Below, piece by piece: positions 27,679-36,522 of a DNA stretch of 36,522 bases. Position 1 is the first letter of the stretch, and every line of letters starts with the position of its first letter. This stretch comes from Pseudomonadota bacterium. GTDB taxonomy: Bacteria; Pseudomonadota; Gammaproteobacteria; Burkholderiales; Burkholderiaceae_D. The notes under the pieces were generated by a model, which searched no databases, had not been told where the DNA came from, and saw only the letters and a program-made list of their open reading frames with translations. The translations under genes were made by a program, and so were the position numbers. The stretch lies in the NCBI GenBank assembly GCA_041176585.1, contig JBEDCU010000166.1, positions 1 through 36,522 on the forward strand. The letters run 5' to 3'.

Positions 27679-30405
27679 TTATGTTGTTGTTGGAAAAACA
27701 CATTTCCATAGTTGAATGACGGCTTCAGATTGCGCTAGAGAAATTTCTGGATTGGACCGTGCTTTATCTTCACCGCGCAGTCGTATCTGATGCTGCTTTT
27801 TTCTAAATAAACGATAAGCATCGGCAACCGCATGCGCTTGATTTGACGAGATTAAATTATGATCAGCTGCCATTAATAATAAAGCGATATTACCCACATT
27901 ATTAGTCAAGGCTGGCGTAGTAGATGCATATTGCAGCACCAGATATTGGACAATAAACTCAATATCTATCATGCCGCCAGCATCATGCTTAAGATCAAAT
28001 AATGCAGAACGATTTGGATGTGCGTCATGTATTTTATGTCGCATAGATACGATTTCTTTTTTTACTGTTATTGCATCCCGATCTAGACGTAAAACCTTTT
28101 CGCGCAGCGCATTGAATCGGTCTGCTAACGAAGGATCACCTGCGCAAAAACGCGCACGTGTTAGTGCTTGGTGTTCCCATAGCCATGCGGATTGTTGTTG
28201 ATATTTCTCGAACGCGGCAATCGAGGAAACCAATAAGCCACTAGCGCCATCAGGTCGTAAGGCAATATCAATATCAAATAAAATCCCAGCGGGTGTGTGA
28301 CTAGTCATCCAAGTGATAAAGCGTTGTGCTAACTTGGCATATTGTGTTGGAGCGTCAGGATCATCGTCATCATATAAAAAAATGATGTCGAGATCTGAGG
28401 CATAGCCCAATTCTTTGCCGCCTAATTTTCCGTAAGCGATAACAGCAAATTTTGGATCATCTCTGTGACGTGTTGTAATCGTTTTCCAAACAGCAGAGAT
28501 TGTGACCTCGATTAATGTATCAGCTAATGCAGAGAGATGATCAGCTAAATGTTCAACACTTAAGATGTCATCTAAGTCTTGTGCGAGCAAGCGGAATAAT
28601 TGCGCATGATGTAATTCACGCAACACATCCATTTGTCTTTCTGTGTCACCTGTAAAGGCGTTTAACTGACGCTGACACTCAAGTGCGAATTGAGTCCAGT
28701 CAGGTGTTGTATATAAAGTTTGGTCATCTAATAGCTCATCCAACAAAACAGGATGGCGCATTAAATACTGCGCTGCCCATTCACTAGCTGCCATCATACG
28801 AATAACGCGTGCCAATGTATGTGGATATTCAGTTAAGAGAGAGAGATAGACTGAGCGTCTTAAGATAGCTTCAAAAAAATCTAATAATCTATTTAAAGTC
28901 TGTAAAGAAGAATCGCCACTCATTTCTGCTACTAAAGGCAGTGCTGCTTGCAATAGAATTTGTAATTGATTTTTCGTTTGATCTGAGAGTGCCTGACACT
29001 TGGGTGCATGCCAAAGTGCGATCAGACGCTGGGTGGCAGAGGAAGCATCTTGAAAGTGAATTGAGGTTAAATATTCATTCAAGCTCTCTTCATTGATGCT
29101 CGGCGCATTAAAAATATTAATCAGGCTGCTTGTAGAATTTTTAGTACTCGCATTTTTATCAATAAAGATCGCATCGAACTGCTGTGCTACCCAATCACGA
29201 ATTCCTGTTAACTCAGTATGTAAGCTGTTTGTATCTGTATAGCCCATCATCTGTGCAATCAATAATTGATCTTGCTCTGAATTAGGTAAGACATGGGTTT
29301 GTGCATCATCCAGATATTGCAGTCTATGTTCTAGATTACGCAGAAAAATGTAAGAATGAAGAAGTTGTTCAACCACTTCAGTTGATAAGAGATTGCGTTG
29401 TGCTAAAACTTGTAGCGTAGTTCTTGTAGAGCGATCTCTTAATTCAGGCTCTCGACCTCCACGTATGAGTTGAAAGACTTGGGTAAGAAATTCAATCTCA
29501 CGTATTCCACCACGACCAAGTTTGATATTGATGTGGCGCTCAGGATGACGTGTTTCTTGTCGTATGACTTCGGCGCGTATTTGTGCATGCATATTTCTTA
29601 GTGAATCGATGGCACTAAAATCTAAATAGCGTCTATACACAAAGGGCTGCACCATTGCTTCTAATGTTTTTATATCTTCAGGCAATCCTGTTAACGCACG
29701 TGCCTTAACCCATGCATAGCGTTCCCATTCTCTACCTTGAAGCATGAGATAGGTTTCCAACATAGAAAAACTTATGGCTAATGGACCTGAATTTCCATTG
29801 GGACGTAACGCCATATCGACTCTAAAGGTATAACCATCGCTAGTAATTTCTGCGATATCTGCGATAAGTTTTTTACCTAGCTTGATAAAAAATTCATGAT
29901 TCGATAACGATCTTTGTTCTGCTGACAAGGCAAGCGTTTCGCCTTCTTCGGGATAGATAAAAATCAAATCAATATCTGATGAGACATTCAATTCTCTACC
30001 ACCTAATTTACCCATACCGAGGACGAGCATTTGTTGCGCAAGACCTGATTCGCTTCCTATAGGTTGACCGTGTTGTGCTACACACTCAGCATGTCTGGCA
30101 GCGAGATGAGTTTGTACTGCAAAGTCTGCAAAGGCGGATATGCTGTATAACACTTGATTGAGGTCAGTCGTGCCTGATAAATCTCGAACTGCTAAAGTAG
30201 AAAAAAGTAAATTGCGACAGCGTCGCATGGCAGCAGGTAGCGTTATTCCTAAATCCAGTTGTACTTGAAGCAGGGACTCAAACGACACTTCAGCTAAGGG
30301 AACTGTGCACAGCTTCTCTAATTCATGCGCATGTTCTGGCTTTGCAGCTAACCAGCGTTGAACAAATCGCGATCCACGATCAGGAATGCTGAGATGAGGC
30401 TTCAT
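27679..30405 (-). CDS. glnE: Glutamine synthetase adenylyltransferase/deadenylase
   Basis: Two nucleotidyltransferase domains: GMGKLGGRELNVSSDIDL / RVDMALRPNG and YGKLGGKELGYASDLD / DIALRPDG. Confidence 0.97.
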   Translation of the reverse strand: MKPHLSIPDRGSRFVQRWLAAKPEHAHELEKLCTVPLAEVSFESLLQVQLDLGITLPAAMRRCRNLLFSTLAVRDLSGTTDLNQVLYSISAFADFAVQTHLAARHAECVAQHGQPIGSESGLAQQMLVLGMGKLGGRELNVSSDIDLIFIYPEEGETLALSAEQRSLSNHEFFIKLGKKLIADIAEITSDGYTFRVDMALRPNGNSGPLAISFSMLETYLMLQGREWERYAWVKARALTGLPEDIKTLEAMVQPFVYRRYLDFSAIDSLRNMHAQIRAEVIRQETRHPERHINIKLGRGGIREIEFLTQVFQLIRGGREPELRDRSTRTTLQVLAQRNLLSTEVVEQLLHSYIFLRNLEHRLQYLDDAQTHVLPNSEQDQLLIAQMMGYTDTNSLHTELTGIRDWVAQQFDAIFIDKNASTKNSTSSLINIFNAPSINEESLNEYLTSIHFQDASSATQRLIALWHAPKCQALSDQTKNQLQILLQAALPLVAEMSGDSSLQTLNRLLDFFEAILRRSVYLSLLTEYPHTLARVIRMMAASEWAAQYLMRHPVLLDELLDDQTLYTTPDWTQFALECQRQLNAFTGDTERQMDVLRELHHAQLFRLLAQDLDDILSVEHLADHLSALADTLIEVTISAVWKTITTRHRDDPKFAVIAYGKLGGKELGYASDLDIIFLYDDDDPDAPTQYAKLAQRFITWMTSHTPAGILFDIDIALRPDGASGLLVSSIAAFEKYQQQSAWLWEHQALTRARFCAGDPSLADRFNALREKVLRLDRDAITVKKEIVSMRHKIHDAHPNRSALFDLKHDAGGMIDIEFIVQYLVLQYASTTPALTNNVGNIALLLMAADHNLISSNQAHAVADAYRLFRKKQHQIRLRGEDKARSNPEISLAQSEAVIQLWKCVFPTTT

Positions 30406-30639
30406 AGAGTTGAATTCGGCGCTGAAATGGGTTGATAGGTTTGCTAAGACTAAGATTTATAATACGGTAATATAAATATGATAACGTAAGGCTTTATGAG
30501 TCTTGCAGCGTGTGTACTTAAGATTTGGCACAATGCTTATACTCTCAGAGCTTCATTTCTCTTAAGACTACTGTATTTGTAGATTAAGGGTGGCAGATCC
30601 TTAATGGCCGCCAGATTTGCACAATAAATTTCTATTTTG

Positions 30640-33600
30640 ATGCCTCGTTTTTTAATCCTACTAAATCGTATCAAAGAGTCCCTGCAGTCAGGCTGGACTA
30701 GCTTTTTTACGGCATATCAAGCGTTTAATTACAGATCACATCGCCTATTGCGCTGGAGCGTAGCTGCAGTATTGATCGCTTATTTTCTATTTTGCGGTGT
30801 TTTTTTAACGCTGCGTTATCTAATTTTGCCGAATGTAGGTTTATATAAATCAGAGATTGAGCAGGTAGCGAGTCAATTTGTTGGTAAGCAAATAGGTGTT
30901 GATGAAATTAATGCGAGCTGGAGTGGATTGCATCCACGATTGCAATTAAAAGGTGTGGTGATTCATGGGGATAGTGATCAAGCAGTGCTTACTTTGCCAG
31001 AAGTGGACGCCACACTATCTTGGATAACCTTAGTTGCAGGGCAGTTGCGTTTAGAAGAACTTGAAATTTTGCAGCCAGATTTAGAAATTATGCGTGATGA
31101 AAAAGGAAAAATTTTCATTGCCGGCATAGCCTTGAATATGGATAAATCTGGAGATACAAAAGGTTTAGATTGGTTGCTGTCACAAAAACAGATTTCTATT
31201 ATTAACGGATCCCTGCGTTGGCAAGATAAATTGCGTGGAGCACCAGAGTTAGAACTAAAAGATTTAACTTTTATTTTACGTAATCAGTGGTTTGGTAATC
31301 ATTTTTCTATCAAAGCGACTCCACCAGCTGAATTAGCCGCTCCTATCGATGTAAGAGCGCACTTCACTCATCCACCTTTTAGTACATCAATTTCAGATTA
31401 TCAAAAATGGAAAGGAGAAATTTATCTTGATTGGCGTAATACACGCTTAGATGATTGGAAAAAATACATAGACTATCCCTTTCAAGTAGAAGGTGGGCAG
31501 GGTTCAGTCAGAGCATGGTTAAATTTTGATCATGCAGTGGTCTCAAATTTCACTGCAGATGTAGCGCTTAAAGATTTAACACTACAACTAGAGAAAAATT
31601 TAGCTCCGCTAAAATTAGTTGAAGTGAGTGGACAAATTTTTGCAGGTGAAGCAGCAGTGGGACTAAAAGAAAGGATTTTTTCTTTTGGTCGGCATGGACA
31701 TGCTGTGAAGTTAACTAATTTTTCATTGCAAACAGATCAAGGCGCCGTCTTACCCGCTACAACAGTCAATAGTATTTTTATAGCAGGCAGCGCATCTAAA
31801 CTAGAAAAACATGAAATTAGTGTGGTGACTTTAGATCTTGATACTCTAGCGCAGTTAGCGAGACATTTACCCTTAGGTGAAACAGAAAAAAAATTACTGG
31901 AAGAATTTAGACCGCATGGCAATTTACAAGATTTTCTGATTCGTTGGGAAGGTGAGCAATTAGGTGTAGCGAATTATGAAATCAAAGGAAAATTTTCTGG
32001 GCTTGCACTCAAGGGACAAAAGAAATCTGTAACGAATAGATTAAAAGATGAGATTGCTTTTATTCCTGAATTTGAAGGCTTGTCAGGCGAAGTGATCGCA
32101 AATCAATCCGGTGGCACACTAAATCTGCAAGGTGATCATGCAAAAATTAGTTTGCAAGGTTTATTTGCACAGTCTGATTTTAATTTTGAACAACTCGATT
32201 TGCGATCTGGCTGGTCTTTCAAAAAACGTGATCATGTCAGTATCAATATTGGCAGCTTAGAATTTTTGCAGGACGGTATACAAGCTAGCGTTTCTGGGCA
32301 ATATAGTTTGCCCCTCAAGACAGATAATCCATCATCTGGAATTTTGGATATAAAAGTACATATACCTGAAATTGCTTTGAAAAAGATTTATAAATATTTG
32401 CCACTGACTATCCCGCGTGATACGCGTGACTGGATGGCAGGTGCACTGTTAGATGGAAACGCAGAAAATATTGATCTAATTGTGCAAGGTGATCTTGATC
32501 AGTTTCCCTTCGAGGTAAAACAATCGGATAGCAAGCCCTCAGGTGTATTCAAAATCACTGGCAACATCACAGGTGGAAAACTAGATCCAGGTTTCGGATT
32601 ACAGCGTGCAGGACAATCAGCTGCATGGCCTAAGTTAGAAGAGATACGTGGTCAAATCGTATTGGATAAAACAAATTTAAAAATACACACCGATACAGCA
32701 CGTACAGCAGAGCTTAATTTATCGGATGTGAATGTGGAGGTGCCTAACTACTGGGTCATTAACAGTATGTTAGAAGTGAATGGACTTGTCGCGGGCTCAC
32801 TGCAATCTATGGTGAGTTATGCAAATGCTTCACCAGTATCAGATTTTATCTATCAGGTTACGGATGAGATGCGCGGTACTGGCAACGCTAAAGTCAATCT
32901 ACGTATGAGTCTTCCCTTAGGCTTGATTGGTACTGAGACCATACAAGGTAAATTACTATTATCAGGCAATGATATACAGCTGTTTCGGGGTACACCTTCA
33001 TTGCAGCAGATGCGTGGAGAGATAGGTTTTACTGAAAAAGGATTTTTCCTAGCTGGAGTACATGGTAGTTATTTAGGCGGACAAGTTAATTTTAATGGCG
33101 GTATACAGCGCGATGGTAGTTCGCAGGTGAATATAGATGGCGCAATAACGGCAGAGGGATTGAGTAAAGCCTTTCTAAGCACATCAATGCGTAAGCTGAG
33201 CAAAAGATTTACTGGTAGCACACGTTATAACGCTACTTTGCGTTTAAAAAATCAACATGCTGAATTTAGCTTTGATTCAAATCTTATTGGATTGAGTATC
33301 GATTTACCTGCGCCATTAGGTAAATCAGCGCCAGAGGCACTGCCACTAAAATTTTCTTTAATACCCATATCATCTGATAATTTGAACCAGACTCAAGAAG
33401 CACGATTAAATTTAGGCCGCGCATTATCAGCGCGCTATGTTTTACAAAAACCGAATACGAAAACTGCAACTTGGAAAATGGTACGAGGCGGTATAGGAGT
33501 TAACTCTACGATTCCGCAATCTGAACAAGGCTTAGCATTGAATGCAAGCTTACCCAGTGTGAATACGGATAGTTGGAATAAGGTCATCTCAGCGATAGCG

Positions 33601-34782
33601 CCTGATCCTGCCATCGCGCGTATTGCTACTGATGCAGGCTTAGATTTTTCTCCCTATGTCACGCCAGACTCAGTCAGTTTACAAACGTCTGAGTTGATTG
33701 TCTCAGGTAAGCCATTGACTAGCGTTGCTTTGTCTGCCACGCATGCACGAGATGGATGGAATGTTAACTTGCGCTCAGATCAAGCTGTCGGTCAGTTGTT
33801 ATGGAGTGATCCTAGTTCAGAGCGTGGCGCAGGAAAAATTACCGCACGTTTGGTTGCTCTTGTTATTCCAAAATCAAACACAACAGAAGTTACAGAAATT
33901 TTAAGTGGTAAAGCATCTGGTATGCAGTTACCAGGCATAGATTTGGTAGCGGATAACCTAGAACTCATGGGTATTAAACTTGGTCGACTTGAACTATCTG
34001 CTACTAACTCTGGCCCTATCATGGCAAGAGAATGGCGAATAAATAAATTGATTGTGACAAATCCAGATGCCATCTTAAAAGCAAGTGGTAAATGGACTAG
34101 TGCCACGGGAGATGGTCAATCAGCAATGACAGTAGATTTAGAGATTATTGACGCTGGTCGTTTACTTGATAGATTTGGTTTTGAAAAAATGCTCAAAGCA
34201 GGTAAAGGAAATATAGATGGTGAGCTTTTTTGGAAAGGTGCGCCATATTCATTCGATCCGCCTACCCTATCAGGTAATTTGAGTATGAAATTAGCGAATG
34301 GTCAGTTTTTGAAAGTTGAACCTGGTGTTGCAAAATTATTAGGTGTGATGAGTTTGCAGGCTTTACCTAGAAGATTGACTTTAGATTTTCGTGACGTCTT
34401 TTCTGAAGGATTTGCATTTGATGGAATTGCTTCAACTGCGAATATTTCGCGCGGTGTGATTAAAACTGATACCTTTAAAATGCGTGGAACGAGTAGTGTG
34501 ATCTTGATGGATGGCACGGTGGATTTGAAAGATGAAACACAGAACCTGAATGTGGTGGTGATACCTGAAATGAATGCAGGAGCAGCATCGGTGGCATATG
34601 GTCTCGCTGTTAATCCCATCATTGGTCTAGGAAGCTTTTTAGCGCAGTTTTTATTAAAAAATCCTCTCTCACAAGCCTTCACGCAGGAATATCAAATTAC
34701 CGGTCCATGGAAAGATCCTGCCATTAAAAAAATAGCGACTAAACGTAAAACTACGAATGATCCAGCTGATGCGGTTCGTTAA
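30640..34782 (+). CDS. yhdP: YhdP (AsmA-like, TIGR02099-type) phospholipid-transport protein
   Basis: N-terminal TM helix followed by LRYLILP; long beta-rich body; KLLGVMSLQALPRRLTLDFRDVFSEGFAFD and YQITGPWKDP; synteny glnE-yhdP-nit-tldD. Confidence 0.92.
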   Translation: MPRFLILLNRIKESLQSGWTSFFTAYQAFNYRSHRLLRWSVAAVLIAYFLFCGVFLTLRYLILPNVGLYKSEIEQVASQFVGKQIGVDEINASWSGLHPRLQLKGVVIHGDSDQAVLTLPEVDATLSWITLVAGQLRLEELEILQPDLEIMRDEKGKIFIAGIALNMDKSGDTKGLDWLLSQKQISIINGSLRWQDKLRGAPELELKDLTFILRNQWFGNHFSIKATPPAELAAPIDVRAHFTHPPFSTSISDYQKWKGEIYLDWRNTRLDDWKKYIDYPFQVEGGQGSVRAWLNFDHAVVSNFTADVALKDLTLQLEKNLAPLKLVEVSGQIFAGEAAVGLKERIFSFGRHGHAVKLTNFSLQTDQGAVLPATTVNSIFIAGSASKLEKHEISVVTLDLDTLAQLARHLPLGETEKKLLEEFRPHGNLQDFLIRWEGEQLGVANYEIKGKFSGLALKGQKKSVTNRLKDEIAFIPEFEGLSGEVIANQSGGTLNLQGDHAKISLQGLFAQSDFNFEQLDLRSGWSFKKRDHVSINIGSLEFLQDGIQASVSGQYSLPLKTDNPSSGILDIKVHIPEIALKKIYKYLPLTIPRDTRDWMAGALLDGNAENIDLIVQGDLDQFPFEVKQSDSKPSGVFKITGNITGGKLDPGFGLQRAGQSAAWPKLEEIRGQIVLDKTNLKIHTDTARTAELNLSDVNVEVPNYWVINSMLEVNGLVAGSLQSMVSYANASPVSDFIYQVTDEMRGTGNAKVNLRMSLPLGLIGTETIQGKLLLSGNDIQLFRGTPSLQQMRGEIGFTEKGFFLAGVHGSYLGGQVNFNGGIQRDGSSQVNIDGAITAEGLSKAFLSTSMRKLSKRFTGSTRYNATLRLKNQHAEFSFDSNLIGLSIDLPAPLGKSAPEALPLKFSLIPISSDNLNQTQEARLNLGRALSARYVLQKPNTKTATWKMVRGGIGVNSTIPQSEQGLALNASLPSVNTDSWNKVISAIAPDPAIARIATDAGLDFSPYVTPDSVSLQTSELIVSGKPLTSVALSATHARDGWNVNLRSDQAVGQLLWSDPSSERGAGKITARLVALVIPKSNTTEVTEILSGKASGMQLPGIDLVADNLELMGIKLGRLELSATNSGPIMAREWRINKLIVTNPDAILKASGKWTSATGDGQSAMTVDLEIIDAGRLLDRFGFEKMLKAGKGNIDGELFWKGAPYSFDPPTLSGNLSMKLANGQFLKVEPGVAKLLGVMSLQALPRRLTLDFRDVFSEGFAFDGIASTANISRGVIKTDTFKMRGTSSVILMDGTVDLKDETQNLNVVVIPEMNAGAASVAYGLAVNPIIGLGSFLAQFLLKNPLSQAFTQEYQITGPWKDPAIKKIATKRKTTNDPADAVR

Positions 34783-34861
34783 AACGTATAAAGTAGTTTT
34801 ACTTAGTTGATGACGATAGCATTTTGTAGAATTTTTTTGAATTAAAGGTTTTCCTTCTTTT

Positions 34862-35680
34862 ATGCATACGCCTTTAAAAATCGCAGCAATACAAATGATC
34901 TCTTCTATTTCACCTGAGATCAATATGCAACATGCTCGTAAGTGGGTTAGCGCAGCTGCTGAAGAAGGTGCAAAAATAATTTTATTACCTGAGTATTGGT
35001 CGATTTTAGGGCGGCACGATACGGATAAATTAGCGTATGCAGAAGAAGCCGGTATTGGACCTTTACAAGATTTCATGTCCAATCTTGCGCGTGAATATGG
35101 CGTATGGTTAATAGGCGGGACTATTCCACTAAAGTCGCCAGAACCAAATAAAGTACTCAATACCTTAATAGCCTACGATACCGAAGGTCATCAAGCAGCA
35201 CGTTACGACAAAATGCACTTGTTTGGTTTTACGCGTGGTGATGAATCTTATGATGAATCACGTACCATCACAGCTGGTGAAGATGTGGTGGTGTTAGAAA
35301 CACCGCATGGACGTATAGGTTTAGCCATTTGTTATGACTTACGTTTTCCTGAATTATTCCGCGCTATGCAGGTATGTGATCTTATCGTTATGCCCGCCGC
35401 ATTTACTTACACCACGGGTCGCGCACATTGGGAAATTTTATTACGTGCTCGCGCGATAGAGAATCAATGTTATGTACTAGCTGCAGCGCAGGGTGGTGAA
35501 CATGAAAATGGTCGTCGTACTTGGGGGCATAGTATGTTGGTCGATCCTTGGGGCGAAGTACAAACTGAGCTAGCTGAAGGTGAAGGTTTCGTTATTGGCG
35601 ATCTTGATCCGACTAAGCTCAAGGAAGTGCGCAACAGCTTGCCCGCCTTGGAGCATAGAAAGTCCCTATTTTCTTTATGA
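34862..35680 (+). CDS. Carbon-nitrogen hydrolase (Nit1-like, probable deaminated glutathione amidase)
   Basis: E-K-C catalytic triad: LLPEY, YDKMHLF, ICYDLRFPE; also RARAIENQCYV. Confidence 0.9.
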   Translation: MHTPLKIAAIQMISSISPEINMQHARKWVSAAAEEGAKIILLPEYWSILGRHDTDKLAYAEEAGIGPLQDFMSNLAREYGVWLIGGTIPLKSPEPNKVLNTLIAYDTEGHQAARYDKMHLFGFTRGDESYDESRTITAGEDVVVLETPHGRIGLAICYDLRFPELFRAMQVCDLIVMPAAFTYTTGRAHWEILLRARAIENQCYVLAAAQGGEHENGRRTWGHSMLVDPWGEVQTELAEGEGFVIGDLDPTKLKEVRNSLPALEHRKSLFSL

Positions 35681-35799
35681 GTCCGTGCTTCAGCGCGAGA
35701 AGCCGCAATCCAGTATGATTTCTATGTTTTGTATAGCAATTTAAGCATCATCTTGCATGCCCCCCGTTTTTTGAATCCCTGTTGACTACGATAAATCCC

Positions 35800-36522
35800 A
35801 TGAAGCTCACTGAACCTAATTTACATACCCAACGCATAGCGCGCGATATTTTGCTTACACCTTACGGCTTAGATGAGGGACATTTACTCAAGAGTTTGGG
35901 TGCCATCTTTACCCATCGTGTGGATTATGCAGATTTATATTTTCAATTTACGCGTAGTGAAAGTTGGAGTTTAGAAGAAGGCATAGTCAAGACAGGTAGC
36001 TTCTCAATTGATCAAGGTGTAGGTGTGCGTGCAGTTTCAGGTGATAAAACTGCATTCTCCTATTCTGATGAAATTTCTGAGCATGCCTTGCTACAAGCAG
36101 CTGCAGCGACACGCACCATCGCACGTCAAGGTGCAGGCCGTATCAAAGTCGCTTCCACCATACAACCAGGTTCAGCGCGTGCTTTGTATGGCGAGCATGA
36201 TCCCTTAGCTTCACTGGATGCCACTGCAAAAGTAAAGTTGGTTGAAAAAATAGAACGCATTGCACGTGCTAAAGATCCTCGTGTGTCACAAGTCATGGCA
36301 GGTTTGTCTGGTGAATATGATGTGGTGTTAGTCGTGCGTAGTGATGGCGTGATTGCTGCTGATATCCGACCTTTAGTCAGACTTTCATTGACCGTGATTG
36401 CAGAACAAAATGGTCGGCGTGAAGTCGGCAGTGCCGGTGGTGGCGGTCGCTATGACTACAGCTATTTCACGGATGAACTGTTAGAGAAATATGCCAGTGA
36501 TGCAGTCGCTTCTGCCTTAGTG
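35800..36522 (+). CDS. tldD: Metalloprotease TldD (5' part; truncated by the window end)
   Basis: Missing from the ORF track because it has no stop in the window. Translates as MKLTEPNL...DYADLYFQFTRSESWSLEEGIVKTGSFSIDQGVGVRAVSGDKTAFSYSD...DIRPLVRL. Confidence 0.95.
   Translation, partial: MKLTEPNLHTQRIARDILLTPYGLDEGHLLKSLGAIFTHRVDYADLYFQFTRSESWSLEEGIVKTGSFSIDQGVGVRAVSGDKTAFSYSDEISEHALLQAAAATRTIARQGAGRIKVASTIQPGSARALYGEHDPLASLDATAKVKLVEKIERIARAKDPRVSQVMAGLSGEYDVVLVVRSDGVIAADIRPLVRLSLTVIAEQNGRREVGSAGGGGRYDYSYFTDELLEKYASDAVASALV

Noticed and set aside
30455-30477. ATTTATA-9 nt-TATAAAT inverted repeat between glnE and yhdP
   Set aside because: Low-complexity AT sequence, adequately explained by divergent -10 boxes.

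Overview
A chromosomal housekeeping region from a betaproteobacterium. The protein sequences and gene order suggest Burkholderiales, probably Oxalobacteraceae, which is an inference. The backbone is bactofilin, uup, SirB1/YchA-like, murJ, rpsT, DUF192, rluE, icd, cspD-like, clpS-clpA, an M48/PDZ lipoprotein, dut-coaBC-lspA-ileS-ribF, rsmE, tkt-gap, glnE, yhdP, a nitrilase, and tldD (cut by the window edge). Two accessory-looking modules sit in this backbone. (1) After clpA, an RclR-like two-cysteine AraC regulator lies divergent from a cytochrome b, a Tat-lipoprotein MsrP-like molybdoenzyme and a secreted Met-rich MXKDX peptide; this is a probable hypochlorite/methionine-oxidation scavenging unit. 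(2) After gap, there is a CsgG-like/DUF4810/DUF799 three-lipoprotein operon with no curli genes. Non-coding signals include an SdhR-type operator and a structured leader upstream of icd, a 4 x 14-bp tandem repeat at the uup stop, repeated leaderless-type starts, and four bidirectional terminators. I found no tRNA, rRNA, CRISPR array, integrase or transposase.
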